Below, in pieces: positions 46,544-56,455 of a stretch of 64,000 bases of DNA (the stretch's first letter is position 1; the number at the start of each line of letters is the position of its first letter). A program made the position numbers and the translations under genes. The notes under the pieces are model-generated. The model was not told the DNA's origin, searched no databases, and saw only the letters and a program-made list of their open reading frames with translations. The stretch is from an uncultured bacterium (lineage in GTDB: Bacteria > Fidelibacterota > Marinisomatia > Marinisomatales > JAHJCW01): NCBI GenBank assembly GCA_964634215.1, contig CAZWKR010000006.1:15607-79606 (forward strand). Direction: 5' to 3'.

Positions 46544-46573
46544 TAAATATTTTAGAAAATTATAGGAGTTTAA

Positions 46574-47770
46574 ATGTCAAAACGAACGATTGTAGCATTA
46601 CCTGGAGATGGAATTGGAAAAACAGTTTTAGATGAGGCAATCCGCGTGCTTGATGCAGCGGGATTCGAAGCAAATTATGTTGAAGGTGATATAGGATGGG
46701 AGTTTTGGTGTTCGGAAGGTAATCCATTACCACAGAGAACATTAGATTTGTTAGCGGAACATAAGGTTGGTTTATTTGGTGCAATTACATCAAAACCAAA
46801 AGATGAGGCATTTGATGAACTAAATCCTGAATTACAAGCAAAAGGATTAGTTTATTCCAGTCCGATTGTTGGTTTGAGACAGCATTTTGGATTGGATATT
46901 TGTCTGCGTCCGTGCCGGACATATACAGGAAATCCACTAAATTTTATTAGAAGAGGAGTCGGTGATGTTGTCGATGAACCGGAAGTTGATGTTGCAATTT
47001 TCCGACAAAATACTGAAGGATTATATGGCGGAGTTGAATGGAGTAATCCACCAACTCAAGTATATGATGCGCTTATGACACATCCCAAATTCGTACAAAA
47101 TTTTGGTGATACTTCGGTTGATGAAATCTCTGTATCAACGAGGATTTTTACAAAAAAAGCTACCGAAAGAATTTTGCGCGCAGCATTTGAACACGCCAAG
47201 AAATATGGTTACAAATCGGTAACCGTTTGTGAAAAACCAAATGTGATAAGAGAAACATCCGGAATGATGTATAAAATGGCGCAGCAAATTCAGAAGACTG
47301 ATTTCCCTGAAATTGAATTATGGAATACAAATATTGATGCACAAATGATGTGGCTAACTAAAAATCCAGAAAATTATGGTGTTATTGTGGCAGGTAATAT
47401 GTTTGGTGACATCGTATCGGATGGATTTGCCGGGCTTATCGGTGGACTTGGATTTGCTTGTAGTGCACAGTATAATCCTGAAACGGGTATCGGTGTTTTT
47501 GAACCGACGCATGGCAGTGCCCCCAAATATGCAGATTATCCTGTTTCAATTGTAAATCCAATTGCCATGATAGAATCTGCATGTATGATGCTTGATTTTA
47601 TTGATGAACAAGATATCGCAAAAAAGATACGTAAAGCTGTAGCTGAAGTTGTAGCTGAAGGTAAAGTAAAAACTTATGATATGGCAAAAATGGCCGGCAG
47701 AGCTGATGTAGTAGAAAAGGGTGCTGTTTCAACAACTCAAATGGCAGATGCCATAATTGCAAAATTATAG
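46574..47770 (+). CDS. Beta-decarboxylating dehydrogenase of the isocitrate/isopropylmalate/homoisocitrate family
   Basis: 'IVALPGDGIGKTV', 'LFGAITS', 'GLRQHFGLDICLRPCR', 'FRQNTEGLYGG', 'GNMFGDIVSD', 'FEPTHGSAPK'. Confidence 0.8.
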   Translation: MSKRTIVALPGDGIGKTVLDEAIRVLDAAGFEANYVEGDIGWEFWCSEGNPLPQRTLDLLAEHKVGLFGAITSKPKDEAFDELNPELQAKGLVYSSPIVGLRQHFGLDICLRPCRTYTGNPLNFIRRGVGDVVDEPEVDVAIFRQNTEGLYGGVEWSNPPTQVYDALMTHPKFVQNFGDTSVDEISVSTRIFTKKATERILRAAFEHAKKYGYKSVTVCEKPNVIRETSGMMYKMAQQIQKTDFPEIELWNTNIDAQMMWLTKNPENYGVIVAGNMFGDIVSDGFAGLIGGLGFACSAQYNPETGIGVFEPTHGSAPKYADYPVSIVNPIAMIESACMMLDFIDEQDIAKKIRKAVAEVVAEGKVKTYDMAKMAGRADVVEKGAVSTTQMADAIIAKL

Positions 47771-47778
47771 GAATTAAA

Positions 47779-49215
47779 ATGGAAAAATCTATCGCAAGGC
47801 AAATTGCTGAATTTGCTGTAAATCTAAAATATAAAGATATTCCCGTTGAGGTAATTAATGAAGTAAAGCGGTACTTATATGATTCAATAGGATGTGCAAT
47901 TGGATCTGTTAATACTAAAGATGTAAACGCAATTCGTGATATTTACAAAGAAATGGGTGGTACAGAAGAGGCAACAACTTTTGTATTCGGTGACAAATTG
48001 CCAGCGGTAAATGCAACATTAATCAATTCACTAATGATACGAGCACTAGATTTTAATGATATTTATTGGAAAGAAGACCCGAGCCATCCATCAGATATTA
48101 TTCCGGCGGCATTGACAGTGGCTGAAAAAGTAAATGCATCTATGAAAGATGTAATTGTTGCAATCGTATTAGCATATGAGTTTGAACAACGATTATGTTT
48201 ATTTGCTAAACCTGGTGTCCGTGAGCGAAAATGGCACCATGCAACACTTACACAATTTGTGTCGCCAATAGTAGCGGGAAAAATATTAGGGCTTAATGTT
48301 GATGAAATGGTAAATGCTATCGGAATTTCTGGATGTCATAATCATACAATCGGTTGTCCGACTGCCGGTGTTTTAACTATGATGAAAAATACGGTTGACC
48401 CTATGGCAGTGCAATCAGGTGTATTGGCTGCCCTGATGGCTCAAAAAGGGTATTCTGGAACTGAAAAAGTTTTTGAGGGTAAAGAAGGATTCATGGACGC
48501 ATTTATTGGTTGGAATGCCAAAGACGAAGAGATAAATCCTACTGATATGGAAGGACGTGATGGAGTATCCTCTTGGGGGTGGGATATAAATGCATTAGTT
48601 GGTGATTTAGGCAAGAATTATAAAATCCTCGAATGTAGTATGAAAGCATTCCCAACCGAAGCATTAACGCATACACATATATCTTGTGTGTTGAAAATTA
48701 TGGTTAATAATAATTTAGAATATTCGGATATTGAAGAAGTTAAAGTAACTGCATTTGCTCAAGCGTATGATATATTATTTGATCCTACAAAGTACCGACC
48801 GGAATCAAGAGAAACTGCTGATCATTCACTTCCTTATTGCCTAGCAGCTGCTATGGTTGACAAAAAGATAACAACAGAATCGTTCTCTGATGAAAAATTA
48901 AATGATCTAAGGATATTTGAAGTGATCGATAAAATTAAAGGTGAACCTTCAATAGAATTTGAAAAGATGTTTCCGGCAAAGCAACCATCAAAAGTGGTGA
49001 TTACCACAAAGAATGGGGGAAAATATTCGGAATATCTTGAATATCCAAAGGGGGATCCTAGAGAACCAATGACAATGGAAGATTTGGAAAATAAATTTAA
49101 TTCATTAGCTTCCGATAAGTTTAATGATTCTGAATTGTTAGAATTAAAGGAGTTAATTTTTAATTGCGATGAGCACTCTGCACGAAACTTTATGAATAAA
49201 TTTGTAATAAAATGA
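47779..49215 (+). CDS. MmgE/PrpD-family protein (2-methylcitrate-dehydratase-like)
   Basis: N-terminus 'IAEFAVNLKYKDIPVEVINEVKRYLYDSIGCAIG' and 'ADHSLPYCLAAAM' are typical of the PrpD fold. Confidence 0.78.
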   Translation: MEKSIARQIAEFAVNLKYKDIPVEVINEVKRYLYDSIGCAIGSVNTKDVNAIRDIYKEMGGTEEATTFVFGDKLPAVNATLINSLMIRALDFNDIYWKEDPSHPSDIIPAALTVAEKVNASMKDVIVAIVLAYEFEQRLCLFAKPGVRERKWHHATLTQFVSPIVAGKILGLNVDEMVNAIGISGCHNHTIGCPTAGVLTMMKNTVDPMAVQSGVLAALMAQKGYSGTEKVFEGKEGFMDAFIGWNAKDEEINPTDMEGRDGVSSWGWDINALVGDLGKNYKILECSMKAFPTEALTHTHISCVLKIMVNNNLEYSDIEEVKVTAFAQAYDILFDPTKYRPESRETADHSLPYCLAAAMVDKKITTESFSDEKLNDLRIFEVIDKIKGEPSIEFEKMFPAKQPSKVVITTKNGGKYSEYLEYPKGDPREPMTMEDLENKFNSLASDKFNDSELLELKELIFNCDEHSARNFMNKFVIK

Positions 49216-50381
49216 AATATATTGGTCCCGACTTCTATAATATTACTGACCTTCTCACAGAAGAAGAATTAGCAATACAAAAGACCGCTTACGACTTTGT
49301 AAAAAATGAATTTATGTCGGTTATTCAGGAGCATTTTCGTGAAGGGACTTTTCCAACAAATATAATTCCAAGATTAGGTGAAATCGGTATTTTTGGCTCT
49401 ACTTTTCCGGAGGAATTTGGCGGAGCCGGTGTTAGTAATGTTGCGTATGGATTATTAATGCAGGAACTTGAAAGAGGCGATTCGGGTCTGCGTTCGTTCG
49501 CGAGCGTACAAGGTGGGTTGGTAATGTATCCGATGTTGAAATATGGTTCGAATGAGCAAAAGAAAAAATGGTTACCCAAACTTGCTAAAGGTGAAGCTGT
49601 TGGTTGCTTTGGTCTAACTGAACCGGAGTTTGGATCCAATCCCGGAGGAATGATAACACGAGCTAAACGTGATGGAGATAATTGGGTAATCAGTGGTAGC
49701 AAAATGTGGATCACTAATGGATCAATTGCCGATATTGCTATAGTTTGGGCGAAAGATGAAGGTGATATAATAAGAGGATTTATAGTACAACCAGACACTA
49801 AAGGTTTTTCTGCTCCCGAAATGCATGGGAAACTAAGTTTACGTGCATCGGTTACATCCGAATTGGTTTTAGACAATGTAATTATATCTGAAAATCAAAG
49901 ATTGCCAAATGCGGAAGGATTAAAAGCACCATTGTCTTGTTTATCGCAAGCGAGATATAGTATTGCTTGGGGGGCAATTGGTGCAGCAATCGATTGCTAT
50001 GAAACTGCATTAGATTATTCAAAGAATCGTAAACAGTTTTCTAAACCAATTGCAGGTTATCAATTAATTCAGAAAAAATTAGTCGATATGCTTGAGGAAA
50101 TAACCAAAGCTCAATTATTAGCTGTTCAATTAGGAAGATTAAAGGACCAAGGTGAGGCGAACTTTGCGCAAATATCAATGGCGAAACGGAATAATGTCGC
50201 TATGGCGAGGGATATCGCACGTAGTGCGCGAGAAATATTGGGAGCGAATGGCATTACGGATGATTATCCCATAATGCGGCATATCATGAATCTTGAATCA
50301 GTTTATACTTATGAGGGTACGCACGAAATGCATACATTGATAATGGGGAAAAATATAACCGGTTTAGATGCCATTGAATAA
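49212..50381 (+). CDS. gcdH: Acyl-CoA dehydrogenase, glutaryl-CoA dehydrogenase-like
   Basis: ATGA overlap with the PrpD-like gene. 'RSFASVQGGLVMYPMLKYGSNEQKKKWLPKLAKGEAVGCFGLTEPEFGSNPGGM', 'KMWITNGSIADIAIVWAK', 'YEGTHEMHTLIMG'. Confidence 0.8.
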   Translation: MKYIGPDFYNITDLLTEEELAIQKTAYDFVKNEFMSVIQEHFREGTFPTNIIPRLGEIGIFGSTFPEEFGGAGVSNVAYGLLMQELERGDSGLRSFASVQGGLVMYPMLKYGSNEQKKKWLPKLAKGEAVGCFGLTEPEFGSNPGGMITRAKRDGDNWVISGSKMWITNGSIADIAIVWAKDEGDIIRGFIVQPDTKGFSAPEMHGKLSLRASVTSELVLDNVIISENQRLPNAEGLKAPLSCLSQARYSIAWGAIGAAIDCYETALDYSKNRKQFSKPIAGYQLIQKKLVDMLEEITKAQLLAVQLGRLKDQGEANFAQISMAKRNNVAMARDIARSAREILGANGITDDYPIMRHIMNLESVYTYEGTHEMHTLIMGKNITGLDAIE

Positions 50382-50390
50382 TTCAGAAAT

Positions 50391-51563
50391 ATGAAATTCT
50401 TTGAATCATTAACTAACCGATTTGTCCCTAAAGAAAAAGAAGCCGTCCGAGCTTATCGTAGTAGTATCGGCAAGTTTCAAGGTTGGGTCTCTGTTTTTAT
50501 TAACGGACTTTTATTTGTTATAAAATTTATTATCGGAATTATCATTGGGTCGGTAAGTGTCATCGCTGATGCGATTCATACACTCTCTGATGTTATTTCA
50601 TCCGGAGTAGTAATTTGGGGTTTCCATGAAGCTGAAAAGCCGGCAGATTCTGAGCATCCATATGGTCATGGACGAGTAGAATATATTGCTACTTTAATAA
50701 TTGCAATTTTACTGATAGTTACCGGAATTGAATTTATTAGATCATCTATTGGAAGAGTGCTAAATCCTTCACCGATTTCGCCTGCATGGTGGATGATAAT
50801 GATAATTTTGGCTACAGTATTTCTTAAGGAATTGACAGCTCGTTATGCTGAATTTTTGTCGCACAAAATATCTTCCGGTACATTGCATGCAGACGCCTGG
50901 CATCATCGTGCTGATGCGATTTCATCTCTCTTAGTAATTGTGGCAATGATTGCAGGTAAATACGGTTATCATTCCGTAGATGGATGGGCGGGTATCGGTG
51001 TGGCGTTATTTGTAATCTGGACAGGATTTACAATCGCTAAAGAAGCGGTTGACGATATAATCGGTGCTCCACCGGCAGAAGATGAAATTGACGATATTAA
51101 ACAGGTTGTTTCTGCAATTGAGGGAGTACTTGGAGTACATGATATAACGGTTCACAGCTATGGGAAGGATAAATTTGTCAGTATCCATATAGAAATAGAT
51201 GATACCATTTCTTCAGCAGATGCACATGATATTGCCGAAGATGTTGAATATATATTATATAAAAGACTCGATATTGAGCCAACAGTTCATGTTGATCCGA
51301 TTAGTATTAATAATCCTGTGATCCAAAAAATTAAAAATCATTTAGATATTAATTGGAAAAATGATGAAAGGATTATAGGGTGGCATGATATTCGTGTTGT
51401 TGATACTGAAAAACATCACGTAATATTATTGGGAATCAACTCAAAAGTAGGACTTACCAAAGCTGAAAATGTGAAAATTTGCCAAGAGTTAAAAAAATGT
51501 ATGAAATCAGAGTTTGATAAATTTGAGATAAATATCAAAGCTTCTCCAATTCATCGATATTGA
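50391..51563 (+). CDS. Cation diffusion facilitator (CDF) metal efflux transporter with an extra C-terminal domain
   Basis: 'ADAIHTLSDVISS', 'HPYGHGRVEY', 'ADAWHHRADAISS'. Cytoplasmic domain 'VLGVHDITVHSYG...IHIEID', followed by a second similar segment 'IIGWHDIRVVDTEKHHVILLGI'. Confidence 0.8.
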   Translation: MKFFESLTNRFVPKEKEAVRAYRSSIGKFQGWVSVFINGLLFVIKFIIGIIIGSVSVIADAIHTLSDVISSGVVIWGFHEAEKPADSEHPYGHGRVEYIATLIIAILLIVTGIEFIRSSIGRVLNPSPISPAWWMIMIILATVFLKELTARYAEFLSHKISSGTLHADAWHHRADAISSLLVIVAMIAGKYGYHSVDGWAGIGVALFVIWTGFTIAKEAVDDIIGAPPAEDEIDDIKQVVSAIEGVLGVHDITVHSYGKDKFVSIHIEIDDTISSADAHDIAEDVEYILYKRLDIEPTVHVDPISINNPVIQKIKNHLDINWKNDERIIGWHDIRVVDTEKHHVILLGINSKVGLTKAENVKICQELKKCMKSEFDKFEINIKASPIHRY

Positions 51564-51566
51564 TAT

Positions 51567-52331
51567 TTACAATATAACTTCCCCACTGTCATATTTAATT
51601 TCGTTACCGTCAATTGTTATAATAGCTTGACCAATTGAAGATAGTCTATTAAATCTACCTTTTACTTTTTGATTACCAGAGTGGAAAGTTACTTCCTGAT
51701 TTAAGTGTGCACAGCGTTTTACCCAATCTAGCAATTGTGATTTGGTTTCTTTGCTATTAATTCTGTATTCTAAATGTTTAAGAATATTTGCTAATAATAC
51801 TTCTAACTGATATTGTTCACCACGTTCAATCTTTAATGAAGTTGCGTTGTTACGCAGATCTTTTGGAAATTCAGAAATGTCTTCATTAATATTTAATCCA
51901 ATGCCAATTACCAAAGATTTAATTACTCCTCCGCTGATTTTACTTTCGCAAAGAATGCCACCGACTTTTTTACCTTTGATCAGAATATCATTAGGCCATT
52001 TTAATTGTGCTTGAATATTGTATTCAATTAAACAATCAGTTATTGCTAAACTTGCTAATAATGAATAAAGATTAATTTGACTTGGCAGTGCATCTGGATA
52101 CAATATTATTGAAAATGTTAAACTTTTACCTTGTGTAGAATTCCAATTATTGGCCTGTCTCCCGCGACCTTTTATCTGATTGTCAGTAATTACAACCGTT
52201 CCATTTTCAGCATTTTCGGAAATTAGTTCCCAAGCTTTAGTATTAGTTGAATCTAATTCGGGATAATGTTTAATTGATTGACAAAGTAAGTCTGTAGATA
52301 ATTTTTCTATGTAAAGGTTTAAATTGAACAT
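51567..52331 (-). CDS. birA: Biotin--[acetyl-CoA-carboxylase] ligase (group I, no HTH)
   Basis: 'QIKGRGRQANNW', 'LKWPNDILIKGKKVGGILCE'. Confidence 0.85.
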   Translation of the reverse strand: MFNLNLYIEKLSTDLLCQSIKHYPELDSTNTKAWELISENAENGTVVITDNQIKGRGRQANNWNSTQGKSLTFSIILYPDALPSQINLYSLLASLAITDCLIEYNIQAQLKWPNDILIKGKKVGGILCESKISGGVIKSLVIGIGLNINEDISEFPKDLRNNATSLKIERGEQYQLEVLLANILKHLEYRINSKETKSQLLDWVKRCAHLNQEVTFHSGNQKVKGRFNRLSSIGQAIITIDGNEIKYDSGEVIL

Positions 52332-52361
52332 CGATTAAGTATATATTGAAACAAATTTAAT

Positions 52362-52402
52362 AAAAAAAAGCCGCTGTAGTATAATAATCAGCGGCTTTTT
52401 TG
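52362..52402 (-). terminator. Rho-independent terminator after the LysM lipoprotein gene
   Basis: AAAAAAAA-GCCGCTG-(12-nt loop)-CAGCGGC-TTTTTT, symmetric A/T runs. Confidence 0.75.
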
Positions 52403-52418
52403 TTTCTCTAAAAATTAC

Positions 52419-52982
52419 TTATTCACACGGATCCAAATTTTTTCTTAATTGGAAAGTCATTCCCGGGTAAATAATTCCACCATTACGGTCAATTAACTCT
52501 TGGTTATCCATGTAGATAATTATCCACGATAGTTCATCGCCATAAACGTTTTGAGCCATATTCCATGGAGTATCACCGGATTCTATTGTGTAACTATAAA
52601 ATTCTACTTGGCAATCTTTAGCAACTGCGGCAGCTTTTAATAATTGTAAAAAGCGATATGGATATATTTTGTCAGGATTATCTCCAATCATATCACGATT
52701 ATGGTCATATATTTCACGCCACTTGCGCCAGTCACCGTATTCATTTCTTGCAATTTTTGATAAATAATCATTTCTTTTGATCATATATGGTTCTTCCACA
52801 AAATCGGGAACAACTGTACCTTCCCCTTGATCTACATTAAATGGTTCTACAACAATACCTTCATCCGTAGGTGCTGTTTCTGTAATCGCTGTATCATCTG
52901 GTTTAACTTCAACCGCAGGTGCGGCTTTTTTAGCACAAGACACCATAAAGATGATAGCAAGTAGGATTAGTATTTTTTTCAT
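52419..52982 (-). CDS. Lipoprotein with two LysM-like domains
   Basis: Lipobox 'FMVSC'. 'YMIKRNDYLSKIARNEYGD' and 'YTIESGDTPWNMAQNVYGD...IYPGMTFQL'. Confidence 0.6.
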   Translation of the reverse strand: MKKILILLAIIFMVSCAKKAAPAVEVKPDDTAITETAPTDEGIVVEPFNVDQGEGTVVPDFVEEPYMIKRNDYLSKIARNEYGDWRKWREIYDHNRDMIGDNPDKIYPYRFLQLLKAAAVAKDCQVEFYSYTIESGDTPWNMAQNVYGDELSWIIIYMDNQELIDRNGGIIYPGMTFQLRKNLDPCE

Positions 52983-53051
52983 GAACGTCCTCTATCTTTT
53001 AATTATAATAAAATTTGTCAAAGTTAAAACCATTTAATCAATAAATGGCAA

Positions 53052-54545
53052 TCAATTTTGATGATATTCACCGAATTCTTCACGCAGAATATCAGCGATT
53101 TCACCAAGTGTGCATTTATTCTTTACACAACTAATAATTTGTGGAAATAGGTTTTGTGTTGTTTGTGTCTTTGCTTTTAGAAGTTTTAGAGTTGTATTAA
53201 CGAGTTCAATATTTCTTCTGTTTTTAAATTGTTTTAGTGATTTCACTTGGTTTTTTGTTGATTTGATATCAATCTTTAATAATTCCGGTTTGACCGATTC
53301 TTGCTCAATTAATTTGTTCACACCAATTACAACATTTTCTTTCCTATCAACTGCTTTCTGATATTCGTAAGCACTTTTAACGATTTCAGTCTGTATCCAA
53401 CCACTTTCAATAGCAGCAACTGAGCCACCCATTTCATCAATTTGAGCAATAATTTGTTGAGCTTCATGTACTAGAGAATTAGTTAATTCTTCAACTACAT
53501 AACTTCCACCAAATGGATCTGGATAATTGGTTATGCCAGATTCATGCGCAATGACTTGCTGTGTCCTTAAAGCGAGTTTTACAGAATTGTCAGTTGGTAG
53601 GGCAAGTGCTTCATCTTTGCTATTGGTATGCAGTGACTGAGTACCTCCGCAAACTGCCGCCATTGCTTGAATAGTAGTCCTAACAATATTATTGTCAATT
53701 TGTTGAGCTGTTAGAGTAGAACCGCCTGTTTGTGTATGAAAACGGCAAAGTTGTGCTTTTGGATTAGTAACACTAAACCGATCCTTCATGATAGTTGCCC
53801 ACATGAAACGAGCTGCACGGAATTTGGCAATTTCTTCTAAAAATCCATTGTGTGTGTTAAAGAAAAATGACAACCGCTCTCCAAATGTATTAACGTCCAA
53901 TCCGGTTTCAATAGCGGATTGTACATAAGCAATACCGTTTGCTAGTGTAAAAGCTATTTCTTGTGCCGCTGTGCTCCCAGCTTCTCTTATATGGTATCCG
54001 GAAATAGATATCGTATTCCATTTTGGCAAATTGTTTGCACAATAATCGAAAATATCTGTAATAAGTTTCATAGACGGTTTTGGTGGAAAAATGTAAGTTC
54101 CTCGAGCGACATATTCTTTTAATATATCGTTTTGAATTGTTCCTCGTAAATTGTTGGTTGAGATACCTTTTTTTTCCGCTACGGCGATATACATTGCCAA
54201 TAAAATAATAGCAGTAGAATTAATGGTCATTGAAGTGGATATTTTATCGAGAGGGATTTCATTAAATAACCGTTCCATATCTGCAATTGAAGATATGGGT
54301 ACACCTACTCTACCTACCTCTCCTTCTGCCATTGGATGGTCGGAATCGTATCCAATTTGTGTTGGTAGATCAAATGCAACTGAAAGGCCGGTTACACCCT
54401 CATCTAATAAATAACGATACCGTCTATTTGATTCATCGGCTGAGGTATATCCTGCATATTGCCGCATAGTCCATAAGCGTTTTTTGTACATATCGGGATA
54501 AATCCCGCGAGTGAATGGAAATTCACCGGGTTTCAGGTACTTCAT
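53052..54545 (-). CDS. Methylmalonyl-CoA mutase family, catalytic (TIM-barrel) subunit only
   Basis: '[25 protein letters not shown]', '[17 protein letters not shown]', '[11 protein letters not shown]', '[19 protein letters not shown]'. No DxHxxG B12-binding domain in the ORF. Confidence 0.88.
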   Translation of the reverse strand: MKYLKPGEFPFTRGIYPDMYKKRLWTMRQYAGYTSADESNRRYRYLLDEGVTGLSVAFDLPTQIGYDSDHPMAEGEVGRVGVPISSIADMERLFNEIPLDKISTSMTINSTAIILLAMYIAVAEKKGISTNNLRGTIQNDILKEYVARGTYIFPPKPSMKLITDIFDYCANNLPKWNTISISGYHIREAGSTAAQEIAFTLANGIAYVQSAIETGLDVNTFGERLSFFFNTHNGFLEEIAKFRAARFMWATIMKDRFSVTNPKAQLCRFHTQTGGSTLTAQQIDNNIVRTTIQAMAAVCGGTQSLHTNSKDEALALPTDNSVKLALRTQQVIAHESGITNYPDPFGGSYVVEELTNSLVHEAQQIIAQIDEMGGSVAAIESGWIQTEIVKSAYEYQKAVDRKENVVIGVNKLIEQESVKPELLKIDIKSTKNQVKSLKQFKNRRNIELVNTTLKLLKAKTQTTQNLFPQIISCVKNKCTLGEIADILREEFGEYHQN

Positions 54546-54631
54546 GCAAATCCTCTTTTTTGTGGAATATCAATAATATCCTATGGTAAAAACTACGCAG
54601 TTTCATAATTTCGCCAAAGTTTTATTAGCTT

Positions 54632-55177
54632 ATGAAAATATCTTTAAAAAGAAAAATCGCATTTTGGTGGTGGCAGAGATATCGGTTTAAAGAACCGAAG
54701 AATAAATTCCAAAAAATCTCAACAAGGGGAAAAGGTATTAGATCATTATTGATAATTCTACCAAGAGAAAATAGCCACTTGCCATTGGCTCAGCATTTTT
54801 TAAAATCGTTAACATCACGAGGACAATTTAGTGCAATTAATAAAATTATTGGTTGGGAAGCACAGAAAGATACCCTAGATAATGTCCTGTTACAACGAGT
54901 TCAACTAATTTCTGAAAATGATATTAGCAAGAATGGTTTATTATCCGATAAAACCATAAAGCAATTAACTAAAGGGAAATTCAGTGGTGTGATAAATTTA
55001 GATCCCATGTTTAATCCCGTGTCATATCAGTTAGTCAGTCAGTTTAATTCGATAACAAGGATTGGCTTCAGCCCAGATTTTGGAAGCAATATTTATAATA
55101 TTATAATTGATAGTAATAATGGAGCAAATTATATAGAACAAGGATATGAGTATATACTCGAGGTACTTGGATTATGA
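54632..55177 (+). CDS. Hypothetical protein, translationally coupled to the next gene
   Basis: 181-aa ORF. ATGA overlap with 55174. No motif recognised. Confidence 0.35.
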   Translation: MKISLKRKIAFWWWQRYRFKEPKNKFQKISTRGKGIRSLLIILPRENSHLPLAQHFLKSLTSRGQFSAINKIIGWEAQKDTLDNVLLQRVQLISENDISKNGLLSDKTIKQLTKGKFSGVINLDPMFNPVSYQLVSQFNSITRIGFSPDFGSNIYNIIIDSNNGANYIEQGYEYILEVLGL

Positions 55178-56379
55178 GAAAAATTTATGTTTATGAAAAC
55201 CATGAAGTATTAAATCTTGAACCGATTGTATTAACTAGACCGGCATTTGATTTACGGTGTGGTACATTTACCTTTTTAGAACGAATTCAAAATGCTTTTC
55301 CTGATGCAGAAATTGAATTAATTGTGAGGAATGAACTACAGCAAATAACGGAAGAACTATATTCTGAATTAACTGTAAACCCGACACAAGTTGAAGAAGG
55401 ACTTTGGATTCTTGGTAATGTTTTGTGGCTAAAGGAAGATCTTGAAAAAATATCCAAAAAGGACTATCAATTTTATTATAATGAGGGCGAATTAACCGCA
55501 GCATATTTAAGAAAAGATATTGGTAATAATTGGTTAAAAATGGGAGGACCGGCAAAAGATAAAATTTTGGCTTGTCCAACTATTAGTGAGATTAAATCAA
55601 AAGTAATAAAATATCTTTGGGATGCAGTTAATTCAATCGGTGAAGCCATTAAAACTGACAAAGAATATTTTCAATCAACAAATTGGGAAAATAAATCTTT
55701 AGGTGGAGTTCACCTAATTAATGAAAGTGATATTTATATTAAATCACCTGATTTAATAAATCCCGGTGTAGTGGTAGATGCTTCTAACGGTCCGGTAATT
55801 ATAGCTGATAATGTTAAAATAAACTCATTTTCGTTATTACAGGGCCCTTTGTACATTGGTGAGGATTCTGTTATTCAACCGCATACTTATATTAGAGGGA
55901 GTGTTATTGGACCAGTTTGCAAAATCGGTGGTGAAATTAGTTCTACCATTATTCAAGGTTGGTCTAATAAGGTCCATTATGGATTCATAGGTAACTCATA
56001 TATTGGGCAGTGGATAAATTTTGGTGCAGGGACTACAAATAGCAACCTGAAAAATAATTATACACCGGTAAATGTAACGGTAAATGGAAATGTTGTTAAA
56101 ACTGAAGAATTATTCGTTGGTCTTTTCGCAGGCGATTACACTACATTTGCAATTGGAACTACACTTAACACAGGGACCAATATTGGTCCTGGCTGTAATA
56201 TTGTAACCTCAGGTTTTCCACCTAAAAGAATAAATCCATTTACTTGGTACATTAACGGAAAACGTATGAAAGCAAATGAAACTAAATTTATGAATTCTGC
56301 TGAAGTGATGCAAAACCGACGTGGAAAATCGCTTTCGGAAGCGGAAAAAGAATTATTAACGAGAATATTAATAAAATAA
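55174..56379 (+). CDS. Putative sugar nucleotidyltransferase-like protein with left-handed beta-helix (hexapeptide repeat) C-terminal half
   Basis: Hexapeptide-like periodicity 'IGEDSVIQPHTYIRGSVIGPVCKIGGEISSTIIQGWSNKVHYGFIGNSYIGQWINFGAGT'. Confidence 0.55.
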   Translation: MRKIYVYENHEVLNLEPIVLTRPAFDLRCGTFTFLERIQNAFPDAEIELIVRNELQQITEELYSELTVNPTQVEEGLWILGNVLWLKEDLEKISKKDYQFYYNEGELTAAYLRKDIGNNWLKMGGPAKDKILACPTISEIKSKVIKYLWDAVNSIGEAIKTDKEYFQSTNWENKSLGGVHLINESDIYIKSPDLINPGVVVDASNGPVIIADNVKINSFSLLQGPLYIGEDSVIQPHTYIRGSVIGPVCKIGGEISSTIIQGWSNKVHYGFIGNSYIGQWINFGAGTTNSNLKNNYTPVNVTVNGNVVKTEELFVGLFAGDYTTFAIGTTLNTGTNIGPGCNIVTSGFPPKRINPFTWYINGKRMKANETKFMNSAEVMQNRRGKSLSEAEKELLTRILIK

Positions 56380-56455
56380 TATCAATCTACAACTAAGTAT
56401 TGACCATCATATTTTGCCAAATTATATTACCGCCCACTTTTAAAGGATATTATTA

